DNA of 64,000 bases from assembly GCA_021613535.1 (NCBI GenBank), contig CP075495.1:7192001-7256000 (forward strand). The letters run 5' to 3'. The stretch is from Adineta vaga. Lineage: Eukaryota > Animalia > Rotifera. The position numbers were made by a program, and so were the translations under genes. The notes below the pieces were generated by a model. The model did no database searches, was not told the origin of the DNA, and saw nothing but the letters and a program-made list of their open reading frames with translations. Position 1 is the stretch's first letter, and every line of letters begins with the position of its first letter. Below are positions 1 through 13,492 of the stretch, piece after piece.

Positions 1-583
1 TTCAATAACGAAAAGGTTAGAAACTATAATTTTCTAATCAAACGATTGAAAAAAAAAGAAACGACCTTCATTGAATCGCAAATTACACTAATCAACCTTT
101 ATCTGTTGTGTAAAGTAACAACTACATGTGTAAAGAAACGTTTTTTTACTATAAGTTGTCAATAACTTTATCGTCTTACATCATAAAAGAAAAACTATAT
201 TCAATCTTACCGAGTTAAATTTGCTTTTCCATTCACTTCTTGAACATGAAAGACATGAAAATCTGGACAAAGTTCTTTGGCTTGTTCACCTCGCATACCT
301 TGATTACCGAAATATGTTTTATCATTATCGAAATCTTCTATTTACCTCGTTTTACACCAAAATCTCGAGCTTCATAATTGACAGCAATAAGACTAAATAC
401 ATTTGTTTTTCATTTTCTTCTATAAGATAGTCATTACAATTATACGTACCCACCACCTTTCCATGTGTAATATTGAGCTACACCACATGGTTTACCAAGA
501 AATTCAGGTTGTAATCTTTGTTCGACTTGAACATAGAAACAATCCATATCGATCAATGCAATTACACGATGATCGACATTCAT
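1..583 (-). CDS. POLH: DNA polymerase eta (Y-family), 5' exons; gene probably continues past window start
   Basis: ATG at 583. Spliced exons read MNVDHRVIALIDMDCFYVQVEQRLQPEFLGKPCGVAQYYTWKGGG / LIAVNYEARDFGVKR / GMRGEQAKELCPDFHVFHVQEVNGKANLTR, the Pol eta motif I-II region. Last recognised exon ends at about 211. Confidence 0.9.
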
Positions 584-2844
584 TCTTTCGATCTGAAATA
601 TAGGATAATATTTAAAATATTTTCTTTTCACCAATTTTTAACAATGATTAATCTTAGCATATTATTAGTTCGTTCAGTTTAATTAAGCTATTACATTATA
701 CTCATCGAAAACGTTTTTATCGTATTAGTTCATATATGTAATAATTTAGGAATATTTTAAAGCACTTTATATAAGCAATGATATATGATTACGAAATCCA
801 TGACACATATCTGACTAGCCTATTTATTGGAAAAAAGTTATTGAGTAAGTACGATAGATGACGCCATTTTCTGAATATTAATTCTTATTTGAAAATTTCA
901 TATTTATCCGTTTTAAAAGAAATATAAACATTGAATGAATTTATTAGACCTTGAAATTATAAATTTCAAATCGTTTTACCTTTAAAATTCTTGTGTGAAT
1001 ACGATTAGTTTTGTATCTACAATTAAATTTTTTTGTCAATAAGAAATAGGAGGACAACGACGATTGATCTGCCTATCAATTAATATTGCACGCGATCAAA
1101 TCGATCGATCACTTTTGTTGATCATGAGACACATCAATATCAAAGATATTTATTCATATAACAAAAGATAATATTGTATATATGTATCAAATACATCATC
1201 TAAACTTTTAATTGAACAATACGAATAGTTTTTCTTACTTAAAGGTATTATTTACTTTTTTTTCTCATTAATATTCTAATTTATCATTGATCTATATTTG
1301 TACACTATACTGTTCGTGTATTCTTTTGCCATGTTCTATTCGAATTCAAGCAAAGAGAATTCATTGAATATGCAACTGATTATTTAATCGTTAAATAGTA
1401 TAACACATGAAAAAGCGTGAATTAAATCAAAAAATGATTATGATCAATCGAGAATTTGAATTGAATACAATCGTTTTAGAATAATTTTGAAAAAGAAAAA
1501 TATTGAAACTTGATTTAAGTTTATTTTTTATCGTCTTAATCGTTGATTAGATAATCAGAATTGTTCGAACGATAGTTATTTTCTTGTTTCTAACAATAAC
1601 ATCTTGACAATGTGATGTTATCTAAATCAAATTAAGCCGTTTATGTGAGATATGAATCAATTGTATACAGAAGAAAATAATCTATTTGACGTTCATCTTC
1701 TAACTAATCTTTTCTCACCTTATTCGTTGATGAATCAAACATAAATTTGAGTGATACAAAAAAACACACATACGCTTTTCTTTTAATCTTTTACAAGCTG
1801 GTATCAGCATGCCTAAATCGTTCGTCAAAATTTTCTATTCATGCATTCGCCATTTGCCTTTTTTCTTTCTTTATGTGCATATTTTACTACTTGTTATATG
1901 AACATTATCATGCCTCGACACATGCACATATTAAGAACATATTGGTCGCTCATTTCTATTATTTGGTGCCAAAAAAATCTTGTTCAAAGATGATCTAATA
2001 TAGTCACTGCAAGCAAGACAGCTGTTGAAATTTTCAAAGACATACTGATGAGAAATCGAGAAAGAGGACAGATGTAATGATAATGATGATGATTATGGTG
2101 ATACTAAGCAGGCCAGCTTATGTATGCTCAATCACATACCAATTTTGACATAATATGTTTCATCCAATGAAGCAATTCAATGGCTCAACAACATGAGATC
2201 TTTGCATCTTTTTTCCTCTTTTGATGATATGCGTTGAGGGATACTCATATATGATGATGATTAACAAGATAATTTGAGTATCGACCAGACGAAACGATTA
2301 AAGTTGTTCAATGAACAATTGAAAATAATCGAAAGAAAATCAAATGGACTTTTCTCTTGTATTTTTATTAATCAAATCAATAGTTCAGACATTTTTGTTT
2401 TTAGTATATTCTATTCAGGTGTTGTGATATGCAGTTTATTCTTGTCTCAGTCTTGCTCTCATACTCTTGACGATTCACTGAGTCTCGATCGAAGCAAAAG
2501 AAAAACGACAGAGAATCGGAAATATGAATATGCGATCAGTAAGCAAACAATTTCAAGTGCTTTACATTCAGAGAGAGAGAAACTGCATACAAAAGTTTCA
2601 ACGAACGCCGGATATTCACTCCATCATTGTATTTCCTACGTTTTTTTTACTGTTGACTACTTTCTAACATCACTAAATTTGAATTTCTAGAAAAGCCAAT
2701 CAACAGTTTTCTTTTTCGATTGAAATGTATACACACCTCTCTAATTGAGACTATATCACTTTCACCTTGTTCTCTCCTTCTCTCTCTTCTTTTTTCGTCG
2801 CTAAAGAAAGAAAATATCTGTCCATAGACTGGCTTCCTTTCCCC

Positions 2845-2921
2845 CCTCTCTCTCTCTCTCCTGTCGTAAAGCAAAGAAAAAGAAGAGAAATGTTCGCTTC
2901 TTCTTCTTCTTCTTCTCCTTC
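2845..2921. repeat. (CT)n and (CTT)n microsatellites upstream of Wnt
   Basis: ctctctctctctctc at ~2845-2860 and cttcttcttcttcttct at ~2897-2920 are directly visible. Confidence 0.8.
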
Positions 2922-3163
2922 TGTCGTCACACCATAGTTTTGATCGATACATACATACATAAACACTGCGCACAAGTCTGCCTGTCATCATTATTGTATT
3001 CTCGACAACGACACACGTAAGACGAGAGTAATCATAATAGTAGTAAAGCATCAATTTGTCTCGTCTCTCATCCCGTTTTGTATTCTTAAACATATATATA
3101 TAAATATAAACATACTTATACTTCTAATTCAAATATAATCATTCATACACAAAGTCATATAAT

Positions 3164-4842
3164 ATGTATCTTCTTCGACAACAACAACAACATCAACAAA
3201 TTCTAATTGTTTTTATTGCTATTATCCAAACAACTTCAGCATTTTGGTGGTAAATATTCTTGAAAACTTTTCTTCACTTTAATTTACTCCATTTAATGAA
3301 GAGATCTTTACGATAGGAAGAAAATCAATTTTTATGGTAGATAAGAGAGTTAGAAAAACATTAACGTCATTTCAAAAGAAATAATGATACCCTTAAAGGC
3401 ATGATGACTATCTTCGTCTCTCTTTTTTTATTTAAGGTCTCTTAGTTTACCTTCATTTGAAACATGGTCATCAACTTCAAATGATCAAGAACCATTTTGT
3501 TCTTCATTAACATTTTTAACTGTTGAACAACGTTATCTATGCCAAACCAATCCGAAAATATTTAATATTATTAGTCGATCATTACGACAAGCCATTGATG
3601 AATGTCAATATCAATTTCGTAATCAACGATGGAATTGTTCAATATTTAATCAATCGGATATTTTCGGAAAACTTGTTTTACGAAGTAAGATATATAACTG
3701 TAACCCTGATCTTTTCGTTTACTTCCATCAACAATATGTCAGTCATTAAATATCATATTGTATATCGAAGGAAAGAATAATTAGACCACCTAAGGAAAAA
3801 TAAGCTCTCTTGTTCTATTATAATTGGATGTAATCAAGCGAGAAGGACAATTAAACTGACGCCGTCAAGTATCACCTTTCACTTTCTCACAATGATCTGT
3901 ATTTTCTCTTATTTTATTATAGAAACACCGGAAACAGCATTTATTTATGCGTTAACATCTGCTTCAGTCATGCATAGTATTGCTAAAGCTTGTGCAAAAG
4001 GTGACCTAACAGAATGTGGTTGTGATAAAAGTCAACCATCAACATTATCATCATCAGTATCAGCATCAACTTCCATACGCCCTCGAGCAATGTTAAAATA
4101 TCAAACAAGTACAACACCATCAATGAGCATTTCATTGTTTCCATCAACACCGACACCTCAACCTATGGAAGGATTTGAATGGGGTGGTTGTTCTGATGAT
4201 TTAAAATTTGGTCGAAATATTAGTAACTCATTTATTGATGCGCAAGAATCCTATGTGACGCGCCGTCGTATTGTACGTATGGTTAATTTACATAATAACG
4301 AAGCTGGTAGACAAGTATGTTCAACAAAAAAATTTGTCTTTGAACAAGAAAAAAAAACACAAAGAAGATTTGTTTTCTAGGCTGTCGAACGCAATGTTCA
4401 ATTAACATGTAAATGTCATGGTGTTAGTGGTTCATGTACATTACGTGTTTGTTGGCGAACATTACCCGATTTTCGTTTGATTGGTTCAGAATTACGTACA
4501 AAATATGCAAGTGCAACACAAGTTCGATTAAACCGTCGTTTAGGTTTACTTAAACCACGAAAAAATTCTATGAAATTATTTAATACAACTGATCTGATCT
4601 ATATTCATGATTCGCCGTCGTTTTGTGAGAAAAATCTTCGTCTTGGTTCGTTAGGTACACAAGGACGCGAATGCAATTTGACACTAAATGAACCTGGTTC
4701 TTGCTCAGTATTATGTTGTGATCGTGGTTATGAAACGATTATAAGTACAATAGAAGAAGATTGTGAGTGTCAATTTCATTGGTGTTGCGAAGTACGATGT
4801 AAACGTTGTATTAAACGAGTCGAAAAACATTTTTGTAAATGA
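3164..4842 (+). CDS. Wnt family secreted ligand, 4 exons (subfamily uncertain: Wnt5/Wnt4/WntA-like)
   Basis: Exons ~3164-3249 (signal peptide), ~3437-3684 (AIDECQYQFRNQRWNCS), ~3922-4314 (ETAFIYAL, ACAKG, FEWGGCSDD, NLHNNEAGR) and 4381-4842 (CKCHGVSGSC with the lipidated Ser, CQFHWCCEVRCKRC). Confidence 0.95.
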
Positions 4843-5070
4843 AAGGATTTTCAATGTCAGATACGATCATAAACGAGATAAAGTTTTTCTTTCCTCTTTT
4901 CCTATCGGAGGGCGAGTAACAGTCGAGTTCTTGTATACTTTTTCTCGTTTCTTGATTTCCTTTTTGTTTTATATACGTATGTATGTGTGTCTGTAGCTTT
5001 GTTGTTTCGTGTTTGAATGTCTCTATATATTTTTTGCTTTAAATTCTTCGTATCTCTATGTGTGTCGTGT

Positions 5071-5087
5071 ATGTGTGTGTGTGTGTG
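5071..5087. repeat. (TG)n microsatellite in the Wnt 3' region
   Basis: atgtgtgtgtgtgtgtg is directly visible. Confidence 0.8.
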
Positions 5088-7615
5088 CACACAAGGAAAT
5101 TCTTTATAAATTATTTGTCGTTGGTTAAAATCAAAGTTTGTACTTGTCCTGCTTCAAATCACACCCAATGGCATTTTCAAAGTTAATCATGCAAAAATCC
5201 GATCTTTCTAGAGAAAAAATCATTGTTCAATAAACTCTCGATTAGCTATATATTTACTCTTCTCAAACGGAAGAACAGGTGAAGCAAAGTAGAAGTGCTT
5301 GCTTAGTTACTAACGGCAGTGGTCAATGCCAAAGGGACAAATGTTGATTATTAGTGAATAAATAGACATACGTTCTTTCTTGTTCCTTCTCATTTTAATG
5401 AGCTTGACATAGCATCAGCAACATTAGTTCAGAACTCAATATACAACAGAGAGAGAGAGAAAAAGAAGATATGTACATGACATGCACATGTGTTTGTGCT
5501 CTTGTATGATTATAGTGATGGCGTAAGAAAAACAGCAGGTTGACAAGACGACATTCGAACAAAATCCATATGGGAATGATAATCAATGTTATTCTGTTGT
5601 TTTGAATATACTTAGAAAGAATACTAGAAAGAATTATTAAAGATTAGAAAATGTCAAATCAATACATGTTTACATAGATATCTAATAAGCAAATGAAATA
5701 CGAGTGTTTTCTCTTGTAAAACATGTCCTTTGATCTCAGTTGGTGATCGAATAATAATTCTTCAATGATTTTTTTTTGTTTTGTTTGCTATTTAATCGAT
5801 TATATTTCATCGGTAATGAAGACACATTTATTTTCAAATGAAGGACGAAAGTACAAATATAAATTACAAAACTATAACAAGTTTGAGTTGATCAAATAGT
5901 AAATTTACTATTCTTGATTAATCAATTCAGTTGTATAAAGAAAAAAAGACATTTTTACATATCAATGTCTGTGTACATATCAATATTCATAACAACTCGT
6001 TTTTTTTTGTCAAAGAATAACATATACAATTGAATGAAAAAGTACAAAGAAGAAGTGTTCGTTTTTGTTCGTCAATTCAAATTTTATCAAATCAATCGAC
6101 AAAATATGAACATTTTGATATTCATATTTCGTAAATTATCATTGAAAATCATTGTTTATTCAGAAGACATAAATACTCGTAAAATTCTTAAGTAAATAAT
6201 TCGACAATATTTAGTAAATATGAGATCAAAATCGAATGATTTCACCCTTGAACGATGTCTATCTACTTGAAAATGTCATTTTTCTTCTCTCTGTCTCTCT
6301 CCTTTCTAAATCCATTCAAAAAGATATAGACGGTCAGTTGATTGTCTTGTTTTGGATTCACTTACGTTGTTATATATTAATATTGTTTACAAAACCAAAT
6401 AAAATATGTAAATGCATGCTGATTTCTAGATGATGTTTTTGTCCTCTTCATAGAATTTTATGTTCAGACAATATACACATAAAGTATAGTCTAATCAATT
6501 TTTCAAATTGAAGATAAGATTAGAGATATTTTCTTTTTCTGGAAAGAAAAAAAAAGGTATTTTAATCGTATTACGATTGACTTTAATCTTAAGGAACAAT
6601 ACATTCTTGTAAGTTATCAAAAAAACAAATAATGAGTTGATGATATGCATTTTTTCGAGATTCAATATATTAAAAAATCAAATCAAAATTCAACTTTTTG
6701 AATACAATCACGTTCTAACCTTGTCGATGCCTCCTTTTACTTGTATGTAAATCGAGTTATCGGACAGGGAGTTAATGTATAAAAATAATAGAAATTTATT
6801 TATTTACCCACCTCTTCATTTCCCTATAGGAATGACCTAGATATGTTTTCATCATTCTCGAGTAGAAGTACGTATGTGGGTGGGAAAGTCGATTAGAAGA
6901 CATTGTGAAATAAATCTTTATGTCTGTATCAAGGACCATTATTGACTAGAATTGAATAGAAGAAGTAGAAATAACTTAAGAGATTTTAGTAAGAGGAAAA
7001 CGTTCTTATTTATAAATAGTTTTAATATAGATTTCATGTTGAAGAATAATTATTTCGAGAAAGAATGAATAATTGATTCTTTATTTTGATTTTTTATTTG
7101 TCAAAAGACAAGAAGATAAAGGAAAAGGAGAAGACAAATTCATGGCGCAAATATTAGTTCATCAAGTCGAAGAGTAATAGCATGTTCATGAAAAAGACAA
7201 CAAGGAAACTTTGACGCATATTAGAATAAACAAAACAAAAAAGAAAATTCTTTGTCCTAGAATATATACGAAAGAGAGGAGTGTAAAAAAACAAACATGT
7301 TTATATATATATATATTGCAATCTATAACAAAGCATAATTAATGTAATTTGTTGTTTCTTTTTCCAATTTTATCTCAAAAAAATAGACGCCGTATCACAA
7401 GAGAGAGACAGAGCGAGAGAGAAGAAAAACCTGTTGATGAAATGATAGTATGTGTGAGAGTTTTCAATACTGTTGTGGGGAAAAGAGACCAAAGAATAGT
7501 AAGAACAAACAAAAAAGAAGAAAAAAAACAGAACAACAAAAACTCCTATTATTGAAACGAATGTTATCCTAATCCTGAGAGACATTGACAAAAAACGATC
7601 ATATAGGAATATCCA

Positions 7616-9615
7616 TCAAGATGAAAAACATGTTTTTGTTGAATTTATTCGCTGTTTATTTCGACACGATATTGTTGTTGATGATGTAGGTGATGAAACT
7701 TTTACAAATGGTGCCATGAAGATTAGAGCTAATAGAATACAAATAGCCCAATTCAATCCATAATAAAATAAACGACAAAGTGTAACAAAAAAATTCTTTT
7801 CATTTTTTGTCGATTTGGTTTTTTTCATTGCATCGTAATAAACATTATTTAATTGTTCAGCAGCTGAATCCCATGAATGTTTTAAAGCTTGTTGTCGTGC
7901 TTTAATTGATAGATAACCACGATTTTTCATTGCTAATCGTATAGCTTGTTCAGCCGAATCGATATTATCTGGTTCCCATAAATAGCCATGTTCACTGTTA
8001 ATAAAAAATTCTTTTAATTGTCCGCCTTCAGCAGCTACAACTGGTGTACCACTTGCCATAGCTTCTAAATAAACTTGACCAAATGTTTCACTAACCGATG
8101 CATAAATAAAATAATCTGCACTAGCATAAGCACTTGCTAATTCTTCTCCACCTAGATAACCAAAAAAATGCACACGATCGACTGGAAAAAGTGGTTCAAG
8201 CATGTGACGATAAGGTCCATCACCAATAATACATAGAAATGTTTGATCTGGTATACGATCGAGGACTAACGATAGAAATTGGAAGTTTTTTTCTGGTGAT
8301 ATACGACCAACACAAAGGAATAATGTTATTGAATCCATTTGTTCACGAGTAAAACTATTCAATGTACCAAACATTCGATAGCGCATAGATGATGAACGTC
8401 GAATTGGATTAAATAATTCTGAATCGACACCTGTTTTCCAGACTAGAACTGGACGTGGTATACCTGTATGTTCCATATAATCCGCAAAATCTTGACTAAC
8501 TGTTAAATTAATTGATGAATAGATTAAATGTTTTAAACGTATATATTTATAAATACGTCGTGTTAAATTCACAGCATAAGAACGTATATATGTTGAAAGA
8601 TAAAAGTCAATATTCGTATGTGACGACCAAACAATAGGAATATTCAACGATTTAGCAAATGCACCACAAAGCATAGCAGCAGGAGTTTGTTCAACAATAT
8701 GTATAACATCAGGTGAAAAATTTCGAATGGAAAAATAAATAGCAGGCTAAAAAAGAAATAACATACACACACGATTTTCATGATCTTAATTTTATCTTTG
8801 TTATTTACATTAGGAAATAAAAATGGACATGCACAATCAATTTTATTGGTAAAATCAGTCGATGATAAGATTGAAAATGTAACGTATTCTTGTAGATAAT
8901 CGTTTCCTTCTAGCCATAATTTGGCATTCTAAAAAGGAAAACGATATGAAAAACATGGACAAGTTTATTTTATTTGTTTTCCATACTTTACAACCAGTTA
9001 TCACATGTATATGATGTTTTCTTTTCGCTAAACGTCGTATAATTTCTTTAAAGCGTCGTGTAATACCACTAGTAAAGGAAGGAAAACTTTCGGCAAAGAG
9101 TAAAATTCGTAATGGATCATCGTTATCATGATTAAAACCATTTGTATTAGCTAAATGTAAATAAAATTAATTGAAAAATGACTTTCAAAACGATTGTTTT
9201 TATTTGATTATAATACCTCCATTAGTAGTCATTATTTTAACATTTATTTATCTGACTTTTAAAGAAAGAGAAAAAAGAACCACTTCATTCATTCGTTTCT
9301 TTTTCGTTCTATAGTTTCACTTTCTGTCGAATGAAATATACGATTTCGATACTGATGAAATAAATGAAGGAAAAACTATTACTCACATTGATAATGATAG
9401 TCGGTATGATTCGCTCGTTTCTCCACGCTGTTAGATGAAAGATTTAATGATGGTGTTGGTGATGAAATGGAAGAAGTAGAAATATCTTGCGGTAAAGGAA
9501 CAGATGATGGGAAAAACGTCGTTGATAAGGCTGCACAAAATGTTGTTGTAAAATTTGATTTCCACCAGGTTGGTTGTGTTTCATATGAAGATGATGATGA
9601 TGATGATGACAACAT
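7616..9615 (-). CDS. GT4 (GT-B fold) glycosyltransferase, sulfoquinovosyltransferase SQD2/SqdX- or MgtA-like, with a C-terminal TM helix; 4 exons
   Basis: Exons ~9615-9387, 9150-8987 (LRILLFAESFPSFTSGITRRF), ~8928-8810 and ~8746-7616 (FSPDVIH, PIVWSSHT, WKTGVDSELFNP, VGRISPEK, IGDGPY, ELASAYASAD, SETFGQVYLEAMASGTPVVA). Confidence 0.88.
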
Positions 9616-12600
9616 GATTTAATATGCTTCATTGAAATAGAATAAAGACAAATAATTTAATTGCAATGAATAAGATATGATACATAGAAATAATGATAAT
9701 TAGTATTGCCTATAGGCTATACAAAAAAGAAAAAAAAACAACACCAAAACTACTTTTGTCATAATTGTTTTGCATCATATCTCCCTCTTGTTCTGTTTCG
9801 TTAATTCTATTAACAAATTTAACATAGATTATTCAATAACTTACTCAACTAATTCTTTTAATACGTGATCGAACCATATGACGTCTGGATCTAGATGGCA
9901 GTAAAGAATGATTCACACGAACAATTAAATCTGAAAGTGAAAAAATGCAAGGCAATGTCAGTTGGAAGAAAAGGTTCTTTTTTCTCTCTCTTCTTTTTAG
10001 AAATAGACACACGCACACACACACACATTATATACACATGTAAGAAACAAGAAGGAAAGGAATTTTACTGCTACTACCACAACTGCCGCTAATGCTTATT
10101 AGTCGGCAAGGCACACAGCCACATGATTCTTTTCTCCTTCTTTCTTTTTCCTTTTTTTCTTATTCCATTGCGATTTTTTTCTTTGTCACTAACAGATCCT
10201 CTTCGGCAACTATGCATTCATATTGCATAGAATTGTGTAGCTCTTTCCGTGCCGTTCCGCTTCATTCTGAGGCTAGCACATAGAGGCCCGAAAAGAGAAC
10301 GTTTTTTACACAAAAAAAGAGAAAAAAAGGAGCAGGAAGAAGAAGAAGCAGAAACAGAAGAGACAAACTAGTATCGATAGTGTCGATGTGCTGTCGTCGA
10401 TCAAATGTCAAATGTTGCGAGAGAAGGAATAACGAAAGAGATTTACAGGAAAGACACTCATGAGAAATCTCGAAAGAAAAACTAATAGAAACAAAAAGAA
10501 TTCATATCTTGCTATAAATTAGAGTAATGATAGGTTCTTATCGTCTCTCATCGCACTGAAAACTCTTGAAATTCTGTTATCCTATTCATATTTATCTTCA
10601 CAGTAGATACTATCGGAGATCAAATATGTTCAAATAAAATTTTCATCTAATATTCTCGTCATTTTTTCCGTTAATCATTCATATAATTCATCGAAGTACT
10701 CAATTCAATCATTTTAGGACACCGACAATCAGAATTGATTAACTCGTACTTAAGTACATTCTATTTTGGTACATATGTCAACAGTATATCCATCATATCT
10801 GATGAGAAAAAACAACAACAAGAACAATTTCTCTTCGGCCAATATTTCTCAAATGTAATATCTGAAAAGAAAATAATCCGGTCAATTTTGTACAGAATAA
10901 TATTGTAAAATCAAAAAAAAAGGAACAAAGAAACGAGAAATCTGATCAATCGATCTACTATTTGATTTCCTACATCAAAGACATTATAACGTTCATTAAA
11001 TCTATAAATTAACATTTTTCCATCAACAATCATGCTCATTTTTCTTTTCTTGTTCTTTTTCTTTTCACTACTTTACATCTTTTGTTACAATTACAAAAAA
11101 AAGAGAAAAAGCCCGAGAAAGAACAATAAGAAAATCTATGAATGAACAAAAAAGAAAAAGGAAAAACGACATCGACAAGGAAATGAAAATAATCTTGATT
11201 TACTCGGCAATATCTCGTGATATTTATATAGACGAAAGAACAAACAATTCTAGATTCAATTCCATTCACAGATTATTGATTGGACAACGGAAGCTTATAC
11301 TAAAATCAAAAGTTTGAGCCAAAACTGAATAATTCAGAATGTCTTTGCTAACGATGTGTAGATGCTTTTTTGTCTCTTACTGAAGGGAATATAGTAAGAA
11401 AATATGGCTAGTTTATAAGGCAAATAGATCGATAGATGATTAGTATGCATGAAATATAAAATACACTAGAATGACAGGCAACAGACAATAATCCCACATG
11501 ATACATTTTTCCGATATGGTTTCTAATGTCTCTTTTCTTTCGAATAAAAATAATTTCAATCAGTTTTGTCAATCAAATCTGACTGATATTGACGTAGAAT
11601 ATGAAATATGACAAAGCAGTATGTAAATTTAATATCATAGAATAAATATCAATTAGTAAATAGCATAGAAGAAAGATAGTTCGTATTTTTAATAAACTTT
11701 TGTATATTTTCGCATAACTTTTAAGATCTGAATTTTTAAAAGTATGAAGTGCAAAAGTTTGTGTTTTTTTTCTTATCGAGCAAAATAACTTTTATTCTCA
11801 AGGTATTCCATAGACATTATTTTCAAATGGAATAATTTATACATTATTAGGTAAATCAAAAAATGTCGTTTCTATTCATCGGAGTATTTCTATGAAAGTT
11901 TATTTTATGATTAATAAAAAGAATAAGAACAAGAATACTAAATAATAATTTGTTAAAGAAAATTTCCATAATAATCAATGCCGGATATTGTCACAGGAAA
12001 CAAAAGTGGAGGAGATAGATTAATGATCAAAACAGACAACAAGAGGAAAAAAATTAATCGATATCTCGTTAGAACAAAGACTTTTCCTTATTAGTCATGT
12101 CTCTAACTTTTATCATTACCTACGATGAAATGTACGCAATTTTAACAAGTGTTACTTGATTAGTTTATATAAGAATAAAAAAGTGAGTAAATATTTTGAA
12201 AATTTTTTTGTGAATGAACGATTTAAGCCTTGATTTTAATCTGACGTAAGTGCATAATCGTATCACATTGTTGATTCGTTTAGTTCGTGATGAAGTAAAG
12301 ATGACATTTTATTTATATTTGAATGTGTAGAATAAGAAATACTTGAGGATGTCATTGTTTAAACTTAAAATTCTTGCAAATATAAAATTCTATTGATAAG
12401 TAGTATTATGTTTAAGTACTCTTTTAATGAAATAAATAAAAATGAAGAAGACTAGCGTGAAGTATCAATCGATATTAAATTTCGGAAAATTATTGCTGTA
12501 TTTTATAGATGAATATGAATTATATGAATTGTTAAAATTAAATGAAATTTCAAGAAATTAATTACAAAAAACGAAGTATTTATCATAGTAATTAGTTTAT

Positions 12601-13492
12601 CAGTGAAAGAAACATATCTCAAGGTTTCAACGATTTACCTTGAAAATGTCAACAATGTCTTCTGTCAGAAGATCATTGTCTATGAAATATCTTTCCTTGT
12701 GAAAGAAAAAACATAAGAAAAGGTCTTTGAGTAAATTTTTTCCATTTAGGTTATCAATTACAATTACCAAACTAAAAATTTCATTTTATGATTTTTCTAA
12801 AATATACGAATACTTTTTATATCTCTATGATTTAACAAGTCTCACACAATAGAACCTAAATCATGACTAATATTTGCTATTTCTATCATTAATAAATATG
12901 AAGATTCTATTTTGAGTAAAAATGTTATGGTAATATCAGTTCAAACTCACTTCCGAGTTAAATGCAGCATTATTGATTATGTCTCACAACTCTTTATTAA
13001 TATAATTAGCATCATTTAAATCCAGTATCAGATTATTTACGCTTTTTGAAAACAATTTTTATTTTTTACTAATTTTATTGAAAAATGACTGACATTTGTG
13101 TTCACTTTTTCTCTCACTTTACTTCAATAATGATACATACAAGAATATGAATTGAAGTTTAATGAAACTTGATTCTTATCCAATTTTTCTATCAAATCAT
13201 CTATTATGAATGAAATTACGAGTTTTTTAATGTAACTGTTAATTTTGATTCAGTACTATTATCGGAAACGAAGATATTTTTATATAGAGCATAATTCTAT
13301 CTTTCAAGGCAATACAAAATAGAAAATAATATATCAAACGACTGTAATCATCTTCGACGCACACTTAATATACAGAATATTTTCATGCAAGATCTGTCCT
13401 CCGTTTTTGCTCTTCGTTTTTACTACATAAATTTTTACTTTTAAACACTTGGTAGTTGTTCATTATTACTCATTTATTTTTGTCAACTAGAT

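Noticed and set aside
2045-2065. CTGATGAG...GAAA resembling a hammerhead ribozyme core
   Set aside because: No adequate stem II or flanking stems.
1747-3093. ORFs 1747+, 2274+, 2647- and 2751-
   Set aside because: Low-complexity translations of microsatellite and pyrimidine-rich promoter or UTR DNA, with no domain motifs.
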